From the NCBI RefSeq assembly GCF_000143415.4, contig NW_003314283.1, positions 382,752-446,751 of the forward strand: a stretch of 64,000 nucleotides of DNA. Direction: 5' to 3'. Position numbers and translations under genes: made by a program. Numbering within the stretch: the first letter of the stretch is position 1; the number at the start of each line of letters is the position of its first letter. The notes under the pieces were generated by a model. It did no database searches. It saw only the letters and a program-made list of their open reading frames with translations, and was not told the DNA's origin. This stretch comes from Selaginella moellendorffii (taxonomy: Eukaryota; Plantae; Lycopodiophyta). Shown piece after piece: positions 45,601 through 58,000 of the stretch.

Positions 45601-46980
45601 CTAGACCACATGATGGCAATGAAAATGATAGATGCATCTCATGAAAGAGGAGACAAAGTTCGCGTGTTTGAATCGTACTGTGGGGGGCTTCCATCACCTG
45701 AAGCTGCCAATAATCCTTTAGCATACAAGTTCAGGTACTTCAATGTGTCATCTTTTTTGTCTGCCTCACAAGGAGATATGTCGTGTAGCTGGAACCCGAC
45801 CGGAGCTATCAAGGCAGGAAGGAATGCTGCTACCTACAAGCACGAAAACAAAATCATCAGAGTCCCCGGTGAGTTCCCTTTCTCCCGGCGCTTTTCTTTT
45901 GACGAGTAGCTTTTCTTTCCAGGCGAACGTCTTTTCGGCGCTGCTGTTTCTTTTAGAATTCCGCAGTACCCAGCTTATGCTCTGGAAGTGCTACCGAACA
46001 GGGACTCCTTAATGTATGGTGACTTGTATGGCATCTCCCAGGAAGCTGCGACAATTTTCAGAGGGACTTTACGCTATGAAGGTGAACAGCGTTATTTCTA
46101 TTTGAACATTTGTCACTTTCGGCCTTTGTAGGATTTGGTCAGATAATGGACACTTTGGGGAAGCTAGGATATTACAATTCTGACAATCATCCGCTCTTGG
46201 CTTCTTCAACGGAAACTACATATGCTGCAGTTCTCGAAGCATTGATTCTGCAACTGTCAACCAGTTACAATGGTTTATGTGCGGAGGAGCTTGCTCGTAT
46301 CATCTCCTCGGACAACTTGGATGTGGCGAAGCGCGTGCTAAGCTGCATAAGGTTGCATATGCTACTCTATCTTAACAACGTAATAATGTAAGTACTAATG
46401 CTGATATTTACAGGTTTCTGGGGTTGGACTCCCAAGAAATAGTTCCAAGGTCATGCAAATCAGCTTTCGAGGTTCTCTGCTCGCGAATGGAAGAAAAACT
46501 TGTCTTCCGTGCTAATGAACAGGTATTTGTATACCAGTTGTTGTTTTGGTTGAACCTTTGTTTTTAATCTTATGCAGGATCTAGTTCTTTTGCATCATGA
46601 ACTGGAGGTAGTGTACGAAGACTCGAGATCAGCTGAAAGACACTCGGCAACTTTAGTTGCTGTTGGAGAGAGTTGTAATCAGCTTAAAAACGAGTCACGT
46701 AGGCCGCATTCTGCAATGGCTCGAACAGTTGGTCTCACGGTAGCCATAGGTGCCGAGGTAAAGTTGAGGCTAGCAACGTCTCTCTCTAACAGGCTCGCTT
46801 TGCAGCTACTGTTTACTGGCAGACTTAAGTCCAGGGGAGTCATTCGTCCACTTCAACCAGAAGTCTATGTTCCAGGTATGTCTTACGATTTTGTCGAGAC
46901 AAACTAGAGCCTAACACAAGGATGAAGGTTTGGAGATTCTAGGAAAGCTTGGTCTGGGAGTTGTAGAAAGCGTCGTTTGA
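42691..46980 (+). CDS. LKR/SDH: Bifunctional lysine-ketoglutarate reductase / saccharopine dehydrogenase, multi-exon
   Basis: [87 protein letters not shown] and SAMARTVG. Confidence 0.95.
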
Positions 46981-47092
46981 AACGAGCAGGTGGCATTATT
47001 TTATATTTGAAAACTTCTCACGCTTTCCTGATACGTATCTGATCCAGGAATCGCTGGGTGTTGGCAAAAACAATAGAGTGAGGTATGTGTGC

Positions 47093-48515
47093 CTATCTTG
47101 CTCTCTCTGTCAGGATTTTGACTCCCACATACCTGCATAGATACAGTATCTTATCTCACCATAAATCCAAAGCGTTCTCACCTTCCGAGCATCAAAATCG
47201 TAGCTTGCGGAATTGTTCCCGGCGAGTATTTGAACGTAGAGCCATCCACCACTCTGAGTCCTTTAATTCCCAGAACTCTATAGTCCGAGTCCACAACCTG
47301 TTAACTAAGCAGCCACCGTGGTAGTGCCATATGGTCGTCAAGTGTTCTCTGCAGTAGTTGGCTATGGTGGTGTTTATGGTAGCGGCAAAAGCTGGATTTC
47401 TCCTGTTAGGTGCTCCAACAGTCCCTCCCGATGGTAGAGTCTGGTTATCATAGACAAAAGGCCTGAAAGAGTTTGCGAGTATTACCTCCTCGATCGTGTT
47501 CACCCCTGCAATGCAAGCTTGCAAGTCTCGAGGGTGTTGGAAGTAGTTGAAAGTTACTAACGGATTGTCTCGTACGTGTTTGGATTGCAGAACGAGCGTC
47601 CCGGAAGACAAAGGCCCTGCGACTTTCTCAATTATGTTCCCGGCTCGAGCTCCTGGCACTCCCGTCACGGCAACACCGCAGGCAGCTTCGATAAAATTCC
47701 CGAACGGTGCAGTGATCCCCACGACTTGCGCGAGTGCCGACTCCACTGGCGAAGGTGAGACTATGTTTACGAGGGCTGCTGGATTGTCACTGACTTGCTT
47801 TCCAACTCCAGGCAAGTTGTAAACTACCTTGATCCCCATTGCCGTCAGCTGGTTTGCTGGCCCAACTCCACTCAACAAAAGTAACTGTGGACTTCCTGGT
47901 GTACCTGCGCAGAGAATCACTTCGCCCTGGAGATTTTTCAGCAAGGTGGTCCGTGTTCTCCCGAGAGGATCGCTGTACTTGACTCCATAACTTCGATCTC
48001 CTGCCAAGAGAAAATCCCCAGATCATCTTGCCAGAGGTACGTGTTTGAAACTTCACCTCTGAAGAGAATGAGCTCGACTTGTGCATGCAGCAGGATGTCG
48101 AGGTTGCGCGGATTGGCATAAACGAGTAAATTTGAAGCCGGCCTCCGCGTTCCCTGGTCATCAAAGATCGTTCCTCCGGTCTGGGTCCCGACTTGGAAGT
48201 CGTAACTGGCACCGTTATCAGGAGTGACTCCGGCCTTGATGAGTGGCGAGCCTCCTCTCTCGAGCAAAAGGACTCTAAATTTTTGGGAGAGCGTTGCTGC
48301 TAGCGGACACCCTGCGGTGCCACCTCCGACGACAATATAATCATAGAGCTGTGGATGGAATTTTGAATCTGTAGCTTCGTGCATGGGTGGAAGATTCTGT
48401 GCTGAAAATCCAAAAAAGAAAGCAAAATAAAAGTTAGTGAAACAAAAAGTTCTTTTTCCTTACTTTTGCATGCACTAAGAAGACAAGGAGCTAGGATCAA
48501 AGCCAGGAACGCCAT
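47093..48515 (-). pseudogene. GMC oxidoreductase (HOTHEAD / mandelonitrile-lyase-like), probably a pseudogene
   Basis: YDYIVVGGGTAGCPLAATLS, GSPQLLLLSGVGP and TIWHYHGGC are present. There is a large internal deletion after ERGGSP and a frameshift near 47300. Confidence 0.8.
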
Positions 48516-49080
48516 TTGTTTCTTTTGTCTTTGTTTTTTCAGTGTTAGCATTGTATTTTATCTATCTTCGGTGCAAGTTGGCTACAACGTTGGTAGAAAT
48601 CAGATTATTTTATTGCTTTATTTGTCTTAACTTTTTCTTCATTTTTCCTCCTACTGGTTTAGTGTGTTCTGATCTCCATGGAAACACATATCATTTATTT
48701 TTATTTAGCAAAACTGTGACTCAAGAATTAACCCGAAACACATTGTAAGCAAAACAATAAAAAATGAGAAGAAAAACTTACAAATTTATAAATTAAATCC
48801 TCAGTCAAGAGTAAGATGAGAGAAATAGGATCCTAGGAAATTCACTTAGAACACTTTAAATAACACACTTATAATATTTTTGCTATAAACATCCAAGCCA
48901 TCATCTCCTCTTATTTATTCCATCAGATTCTATAGTTTTCATAGCGAAGGTAGCATGCAGCTTTGCAGTAAGAAGATTTGCATGCTTCCGTATCTACATA
49001 TCTTAGCCAATTGGTAAATGGCCTAAACCTGAGTCTAACTTGTCAAGCCTGAAAGTATTTCTAGATTAAATATAAAATTA

Positions 49081-49111
<31 letters not shown>

Positions 49112-49871
49112 GTAAATTAAAAATTTTAAAGTAAAAGAAAAAATAATATTAAAAAAGAATAAATTGTTCTATGCTAAAATAATTAAAAAATTGAATTTAT
49201 AAAGTTATCTGAATAGTGTTTGAAATCATTTTTATTGACTCCACACCAAATCAAACTAGAAATCATCATACCACTCAAAACCAGCTCAAATTACCACTCC
49301 TCAATATATTTATGAATTATGATCAATCTTGTGTCAATATCTATAATGAAATTACCCACACTACTAGTATCTTTATGTATCTCTATGGAACTATGCTAAC
49401 TTCATTTAAATAGAATGCCAATCATAATTGCATAGAAAAAACCTAAATAAATATTAATATTATTTGTGAGGGCCAAGTGTACGGCTACGATGCCGTATAC
49501 TAATATTAGCGTAGTGGATTTTGGTAGCCGTCGGATTGGTTTCAATCCGGACCACTCGCTCCTGTATATAAGCTAGGGTTTTTGGGCTAATGGATATGCA
49601 CATTTCTGTATTCCCTTTCCATATTCCATGCACTCACATTGGTGGAGGTGAGGGGCACCTTTGATTGTCCCTGGGGAGTGTTTGGATTTGGGATTTTGGT
49701 TTAGATCTAGCTTTTGCATTGTCTAGATCTAGCTTTTTCCATTTCCTTTCTTTTGTTCTTTCCTTTCAGGATTTTGGTTTAGATCTAGCTTTTTGCATTG
49801 TCTAGATCTACCATTTCTTTCCAGCTTTTTGTCATTTCTCTTCTTTTGCTCTTTCTTTTTCATTCATCTTC

Positions 49872-50804
49872 ATGGCCGATCCGCAATCTCCTCCTTTAAC
49901 TCTAGAGCAGCAGTTGGTTCAATTGCTTGATGCTATGCGCTTGCAATTGAACAATCAAACTCAGTTGATGGCGGCGTTCACGGCACATGGTACAACTCCT
50001 CCTGCTTTTGGTGCCAATCCTCGCGTTCGGCCGGAGTTCTTTTGTGGGAATCCTGGGGATGATGTGTACCATTGGTTCGATCACTTCACGGTGATTGCCA
50101 CATATCATTCTTGGGATGATGCTCGACATTTGCGTGAGTTCCCCACATGTCTCCAAGGGACGGCATTGCAGTGGTACAATGGATTGAGCACAGCTACTTG
50201 TGGCAATTGGAGTGTTCTTCCGGATGTCTTCAAACGCGCTTTTGGACACGCCAACGATTGGGATGATGCCTTCCAACAATTGCATCATCTTCGCCAAGGG
50301 CCATCTGAGTCGGTGATGCAATTTGGCGTTCGTTTCCGAAGTCTTTTGCTTTGTGCGGAGCCAAATATGTCGGAGCGGATCAAGCTAGGGATGCTGTGGC
50401 CAGCACTTCATCAAGATCTTGTCGGACTTGTGCATGCACTTGCTCCTGCCACTCTTGACGATGCTCTTCGCTTGGCACAACGTTATGAGACGTCGCCTCT
50501 TCCACTTCTTGCTACACGTCCTTCAGCTCCACTTCCTATGAGTGATGGTCCTGTTCCCATGGAGGTTGATGCTGCTGCTACTCGAGTCCAAGGACAAGGG
50601 CAAGGACGTGGTCGTGGCCGTGACGTTCGTTGCTGGGCGTGTGATGAAGTTGGTCATACTTATCGGCGTTGTCGGCGCTTTCCGGATTGGCGACCTCCAT
50701 TTCCTGGGTGGAGACCTTGGCGTCAGCAACGTCCCGTTGGTGCTGCTGCGGTGGAAGGTTTGGATCCCGAGGTGCATTCGGGAAACGAGGAGTCGCGCGA
50801 GTAA
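49872..50804 (+). CDS. gag: Retrotransposon Gag
   Basis: LQGTALQWY, LRQGPSESV, PVPMEVD and the zinc knuckle CWACDEVGHTYRRC. Confidence 0.92.
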   Translation: MADPQSPPLTLEQQLVQLLDAMRLQLNNQTQLMAAFTAHGTTPPAFGANPRVRPEFFCGNPGDDVYHWFDHFTVIATYHSWDDARHLREFPTCLQGTALQWYNGLSTATCGNWSVLPDVFKRAFGHANDWDDAFQQLHHLRQGPSESVMQFGVRFRSLLLCAEPNMSERIKLGMLWPALHQDLVGLVHALAPATLDDALRLAQRYETSPLPLLATRPSAPLPMSDGPVPMEVDAAATRVQGQGQGRGRGRDVRCWACDEVGHTYRRCRRFPDWRPPFPGWRPWRQQRPVGAAAVEGLDPEVHSGNEESRE

Positions 50805-50843
50805 TGGAGGGACCTTGCGCGAATAAGTTAGTGACCCCTCCAT
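50780..50843 (+). promoter_or_regulatory. -1 programmed ribosomal frameshift signal (G_GGA_AAC plus H-type pseudoknot)
   Basis: Slippery heptamer in gag register, 6-nt spacer, stem 1 at 50793-50801/50814-50822 and stem 2 at 50804-50811/50836-50843. Confidence 0.8.
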
Positions 50844-53800
50844 CTTTCTTTCGGGAGTATCATCAAGGGGTTCACTCGGCACCGGTTCATCTAGTGTTTA
50901 CTTTCCAAGCTCGTTTTTATAACAAGAGGTCTCCTATTCTTCTCTCCGTGTTGGTTGATACAGGTTCGAGTTTATCTTCTATTGCTCGACCTGTTGCCAC
51001 ACGTTGTCGTCTACACTTGCGTCGTGCGGTGGATCCAGTTTTCATTCTTTACGGCAACGGCCGTACACATGCATGTGCACGAGATGAGGCGGACCTGGTT
51101 GTGCGTGTGGGCGATCTCGAGCTTGAGTTGCAGTCGTTGCGAGTGGTGCCGAGTCAAGCTTTTGACCTCATTCTTGGTATGGATTGGTTGCAGCACAATC
51201 ATGCCAAGTGTGACTTTGAGGCTTCTCCCCCTTGTCTCATACTTCCTTATGTTTCATCCATTCCTCTCACTTCCGTACCTCTTCGTCCCTCTACTTCTAC
51301 CTCTGCTTCTATTACTTTTGTTCCCCCACTATTTCCTCTTGTGTTTCCATCTTGTTCTACTCTTCCATTTTCCGATCCCTCCGATGATCTTTGTGTTGCA
51401 GTTGTTGACCAGCTCATGAAGGAGTATTCTGATCTCTTTGAATTTGACCTATCGTCTGGGGCCAAGATTGCCACACGTCATCCCATTCCAACCGGGGATG
51501 CTCGTCCAATCAAGGTTCCTGTTCGTCATCGGTCACCCAAGGAGATCAAGATTTTATGTGCAAACGTTAAGGAGATGTTGGAGAAGGGTGTTATTCGGAA
51601 GTCGCGGAGTCCTTGGGCATGTGAACCTCATCTTGTGACGAAGCCTGATGGGAGTATTCGTTTCTGTATCGACTATCGTCCGTTAAATGAAGTGACGATC
51701 CCGGACGTGTACCCTCTTCCTCACACTGCTGATCTCTTGGATCGTCTGGGGCGAAGTCTTTGGTTCACCAAGCTAGATCTTGCTTCTGGGTATTGGCAAG
51801 TACCGATGGCCGAAGAAGATATTCCTAAGACTGCTTTTCGTACACCATTTGGTTTGTACGAGTTTTTGGTGATGCCGTTTGGTTTGAACAATGCTCCAGC
51901 AACTTTTCAGCGGATGATGGACGAGGTTCTTTGCGATATGCCGGAGGTGACGGCTGACTTCATTGATGATGTCTTGATCCACTCGGAGGGGACGTGGGAG
52001 GAGCATGTTCGTGATGTTTGTAAAGTGTTAGATCGGCTACGCGACGTTGGTTTAAAGCTGAAGCGGTCGAAGTGCGTGTTTGGGTCCAAGGACACAACTT
52101 ATCTTGGGTACTGTATTTCTCGTGAGGGTTTGCAAGTTGATCCTGACAAACTTGTGGCTGTTTTAAAGTTCCCTACTCCGAAGTGTGTGAATGATGTGCA
52201 GCGCTTTTTGGGGAAGGTGCAGTATCTTGGTCGTTTTGTGGATCATCTTTCCGATCGCACTACACCATTGCGAGCGTTGCTGAAGCCACCAACGTCATCT
52301 TTCATCTGGTCTCCCGATTGTGAGCGGGCGTTCGTGAATCTCAAAGAGCTATTGACGACTCCTCCGGTTTTGGCATATCCTGACTACACTCGACCTTTTA
52401 TTTTGCGCGTGGATGCTTCTGACATTGGTCTTGGAGGTGTGTTGATGCAAAAGAGCTCGAGTGTGCCTGGTCAGCGCCATCCCATTGCATACATAAGCCG
52501 TACATTACAACCAGCAGAGATGAACTACTCCACGACGGAGAAGGAGTGTTTAGCAGCAGTCTGGGGTTTCGAGAAACTTCATGCATATCTACATGGTTCT
52601 CGGACGTTACTTGAAGGTGACCATGCTGCTGTTACTTCATTATTGAAGCGGAAGAACCTGGTTGGTCGTACGGCTCGATGGGCTTTGAAGCTTCAGATAT
52701 ATGATTTCGATGTTGTTCATCGCCCAGGGAGTTCTATGGCTGATGCTGATGCCCTTTCTCAAGCTCCTCTTCCTTCTCCACTCACTTCTCATGTTTCTGA
52801 CGAACCTGTTGTTCCAGCATCTGTGGATTTTCTAGATGAGGATTCTATGCCGTCGGCAGTTGCTGTCCTTGACGTTCAGTGTCCACAGGGCGTAGAGCAA
52901 GATCTACCTTCTCTTGATGAGGTTCGCGAGGCTCAAAAGATTGAGCCGTGGATTCGAAGGCTTCGAGATGGGTTTGAGAATCCTGCATCACTTGCTGATG
53001 ACTTGCCTTTTCGGCATTTACATTCTCAATATCGCCTTGAAGATGGCCTTCTTTATTTTGTGGGGACGGATCCTGCTGATCATTTACGGCTGGTGGTGCC
53101 TTCGGTGTTTATTCCGCGGTTTCTCCATACCTACCATGATTCTCCTATTCTAGGTGGGCATATGGGACACCGTCGTGTCATCGAGAAGCTGCGCAGATCT
53201 TTCATGCAACGTGATATTATCTGGTATGTGCGTAGCTACGTTTGGTGCCAAGCTCGTAATACTCCCCCTTGTGTTGCGGAAGGACGGTTGGAGTCAATTG
53301 CAGTTTCTCATGGCGTTTGATCTTATGGGACCTTTTCCGCGATCGACTGCTGGCAATGAGTATGTTATTATTGCTTCTGACTACTTGACTCGTTGGGTGG
53401 AAGTTGGTGCTCTTACTAGTGCCTCTGCAACTGCTGTTGGATACTTCCTCCTCAATCGAGTGGTGTTCCAGCATTCTTGTCCAGAGCGGATTCTTTCGGA
53501 TAATGGTCCTGCATTTATGGCTGAGGTATTTCATGTTTTGACATCTCGGTTGGGGATACGCCACACTTTTACAAGTGTTTATCATCCACAATCAGACGGT
53601 CTGGTGGAACGGCTCGTTTGGACATTCAAAGGGATGATTGTGAAGTATGTGAACTTTCAACATTTGGATTGGGATGGTTATTTGCCGTCTCTTCGGTATG
53701 CCTATGTCACAGGGGTGCAGAGTTCTGTTGGTGCTTCACCATATAAACTTCTATATGGTCATGATCCAATATTACCAACAGAGCTGGGTTTACCTTCGCG

Positions 53801-54128
53801 ATTGCCACGAGCTCCTGATGCTAGGTCATGGGATCAATATTTGACAAGCATTCTTCCACTTGTCCGAGCAGAGTCTATTGAACACTTAGGCCGCGTACAA
53901 GTGAGACAACAACGGCACTACAATTCCCATCATCGTCCACCTGCGGAGTACAAAGTGGATGATTTGGTGTTAGTCCGTTTTCCCCATCTTATGGTACGTG
54001 GTTTATCTAAAGGGCTCCTTGCACAGTGGAAAGGACCGTATCGGGTGTTGCGGCAAGTTGGATCACAAGTTTATGAGGTTCGGCATGACATTCAGCAGGC
54101 CGATCCTCTGGAGATTGTGCATGTGTAG
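50783..54128 (+). pseudogene. pol: Retrotransposon Pol (PR-RT-RH-IN) in the -1 frame, with a frameshift in integrase
   Basis: VLVDTGSS, FIDDVLI, VDASDIGLGGVL and an HHCC remnant. The frame changes near 53315, before DLMGPF...SDNGPAF...GLVER...KGPY. Confidence 0.9.
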
Positions 54129-55022
54129 CGGTTAAAACGCTTCATACAAAGGGATTAGGAGCAGTTAATACCGTCTACAGATCCACCGATGCCTCCTCCT
54201 GACGGTCCTCCAGATCCCGGCCCATCTACAAGAGAACCCTGACGGCCTTCCATTATTCCGAGAGGAGGATGATGTGAGGGCCAAGTGTACGGCTACGATG
54301 CCGTATACTAATATTAGTGTAGTGGATTTTGGTAGCCGTCGGATTGGTTTCAATCCGGACCACTCGCTCCTGTATATAAGCTAGGGTTTTTGGGCTAATG
54401 GATATGCACATTTCTGTATTCCCTTTCCATATTCCATGCACTCACATATTCAATTTTATTTATAAAATCAAATTTATGATTTACATTTTAAACATTTTTT
54501 TTAAAATTTAAAATTACATGGAGGTTAGAGTAAAATTTTATAGAGGGACTAACATTAGCAGTGGTAGCTTTCTATCCTTTCTCTGGATAATGTGAAAGTG
54601 AATATTATCCAAATTATTGTTTAACTCCACTTTATAATTGAGAAAATAAGCTATTTAATTAGTTATGTATATTCAATTAGTAAAAAAACCCTAACTTATA
54701 TGTGAATAGTCCAAATTCAAGTTAATCTAATTACTATACACTATAACATCATAATTATACACCTAAACCTCAAAAGAAGGTAGTTAAGGTTCTTATGTTG
54801 ATAGCCCAAAATCTAGGGAAACATCAAGAGATATTAGTGGATCTATAAGTGGTAAAATTTGTTCTTGATATTTTTCTATGAAGTGTTTTAGTTGTTTCAC
54901 ATACATAATTTATAGAGGATTAGTCTATTAAATGTCATGTTAAATCTTATAAATTTACAATCTAACTTACTACAACACTTGATATAATCCCTTCTATTAA
55001 GCAAATAAAACCTTAAACAAAC

Positions 55023-58000
55023 TATAAGTGATTAAATTTTCCATTCTACTTTAGTCACTTAACCACACCTCTAACCATTTGGAGAAGTCTCACTCACAAC
55101 CTCCATAAGTCCTATTTCAGACTTAGGGCTTGTTATCCTCGAGAATAACATTCATGCCACTCAACCTTTGCACTTGGTCCTAGTATTCAACATATCTAAT
55201 CCTATGATCGAAACCCAAAAGTACCACTAACATATCAGACCGTTACACTAAGGCCATACCCATTCACCTTTGCTATACTAGTGGTCCAACTTACAGTCCC
55301 GTCTCTCAAAGATTAGGCCATCCATCCATGATGGTCATCCCAAATCCACTTTTTAATATCTTTGGGACAACATTTTAGAACACCGTGGCTCTATACAAGC
55401 CTCATAGGTACTCTCCCCACCTTCTACCTTTGGGTGCTTTAGCCATAAGGCTAGAGCGGGGTTTTGTTGAGCCACACTAAGCATCCAAGTAGGTAGTGCC
55501 ACCCATGCTTGGATGGGGAGCATTGACCATTTGATGATCGCTTTGGGTTTTCACCTAACAGCTTGTATTAGTATTCAGACTCAGACTCGGACTTGGTCTT
55601 GGTCTTGGTTTTGGACTCAAACTCAGACTCTGTCTCGGTTTTGGACTCAGATTCGGACTTGGTCTCAGTTTCTATTCCATCTCGGACTCCATTTCGAACT
55701 CTATCTCGGTGTAAGCTCCTAAATTTGAATTTCCCGGGAGGTCATCCAGCCTAGTACTATTCAAACCCAAGGACGCTTAACCCCAAATATCCCAAGACCC
55801 TTAACTAATTGAAAAAAGAAGTGCACTCTTGTTCATGGGCCATATTTAATGAATTGTTTCTCGAGTCGTTCCCTTTGGTTGCTTACAATCCACCACGCTT
55901 CCTTATAAGTTCACGACCTCGTGAATGGAAACTGGTAGCCATAGCTCTTTGGAGAGCCCCGCTCTCTTGACACCCTACCCCTCGGGAGCAAACTGGACCA
56001 GCCAGATGTCAATCAACATATGGTGTGATACTCTTAGCCAACCAACAGAATTGGACCCGAGACCCCTCTAATACCAAATGTAAGCTCCTGAATTTCAACT
56101 TCCCGGAAGGTCACCCAACCCAGTACTATTTAAACCCAAAGATGCTTAATCCCAAATATCCCAAGACCCTTAACCAATTGGAAAAAAGGGTGCACTCTTG
56201 TTCATGGGCCTTTTCCCTCTATATTTGAACCCTAATGGATCATTTCTCAAGTCGTTCCCTTTAGTTGCTTACACTCGAGTCCATCTTGGACCATCTTGGG
56301 TCTATTTCGGACTTCATCTAAGGTCCATCTCAAACTTCATCTCGGACTCCATCTTAGGTCCATCTTGGACTCCATCTCAGACTCCATTTCGGGTCTATCT
56401 TGAACTCCATCTCAGGTCCATCTCGGACTCCATCTTGGACTCCTCCACTTGTTATGTGTTAGTCCTCTTGTATCCCTTTTTTAGAGACTCATTTATTGCT
56501 TGTTTTGTGCTCATTCCTTGAGCACTTCATTGGGAGTTCCACTCCCACTCTCGACTGTCCAAGTTGGAGTTTTTAGTCCAAATATGTTACTCTTGTTTGA
56601 CTTCCACTTTGGCCATTACCACATGGCACCCTTTTGGCTCCACTTTTGAGGCTCTAGGATTTGTGTCTCATAACTTCACCACCCATATATGAAATTTGAT
56701 GTCCTCATCGAACGATAAACCATTTTACAAAGTAACACTAGTATATATTACCCTTTACATCCTAGTTAATATTTATCAATGGTTTCACACCAAAGGCTCA
56801 CCATGCCTTGTCCATCCTCTAAAGAGTATAGTCTCCCTGATTTAGAGATTCATTAGACCACTTATGGTGGTCCTTCCCCTTTTGTTCATTTAATTCATGC
56901 TAAATGTGTTAGAGATACTATCTCTATTTTAATTTGACTACTCATTCAGGAGTAGCCTCAGCCTCTATCAACATAACCATCACACTTTGGAACTTTTAAT
57001 TTTGACTTCTCAAAGTTAATTTCCTAGGCGTCTCCGATACCTTGCATTACACGTGTTATGCAAATTTCACTTCCTCATCCTAGGAAGTTCTTTACTTGAG
57101 AGCACTATCATCCTCTTTCCCATTTCGTGCCACTCTAGGCACTAAGTTCCATTTTTCCATAATTTATGCTAGGGTTGTCCACGGCTCTATCATTTAGCTA
57201 TCTTGTCGCTCCCTCCTTTAGAGCTTTCACTTCACTAAATTGGAGGAAATATATTTCCCTTTCCACAATCCATTAACACCAAATACATGAGTATTCCTCG
57301 TTTAATTACTTTTTTTGGATTCTTTCAAATGATTTCCATGGCCCATTTTTGGCCCTTAGCTTTTTGCTCCTATCCTTTGATTATTGCACCAAGTAACATA
57401 GGATTACTACATCTATTTTCGAGGTATCCTTTTGGTTCCATAATAAAGGCTTTGCTTTGCCAAGTCTAGGGGGCGTTCACCCCTAGTAGGTCTTTTTAAC
57501 ATTTTCTGCTATAAACTTTATACATAGCCCAACTGTGACCCATCCATGAGTCCCTTTCTTAGACTTGCAATACCATTGCATTGTTGCAGTTTATTTCCCT
57601 TTTTTCCCACTTGGTCATTTTGACCAAGCCACACTATTACTAATAGTTCAAATCAACACTTTGAACTAGAAGCTTTATTCCTTAACTTCACAAGGACTTT
57701 GTCCTTATTTTAGCCATAAGACCACCTAATGATCTAATCTTGACACTTTAACAGATTTGTTAATTGGTATTAGGCTTTCCAAACCTTTAACTTGTTGACC
57801 ATGACCCCAGGGGCATTCTCGCACTTAGCAGTGCACCCAAGCTAACCCTTCTAACCAAGGGTTCATCACAATTGAGACTAGATGTCCGCATCTCATTCAC
57901 TATGTCCTTGGTGCCACTTGCACCAAAGTGTTCAAATTAAATATGCTGAGCTTTCACACTAAGCAACCTAACCATACATCATGACTCTAAAGCATCCCCG

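Larger units (their letters stand above)
49465..54446 (+). mobile_element. Full-length Ty3/gypsy LTR retrotransposon
   Basis: 174-bp LTRs at 49465-49638 and 54273-54446 (one mismatch seen), TG..CA ends, 4-bp TSD TATT, PBS TGGTGGAGGTGAGGGG and PPT at 54260-54272. Confidence 0.97.
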
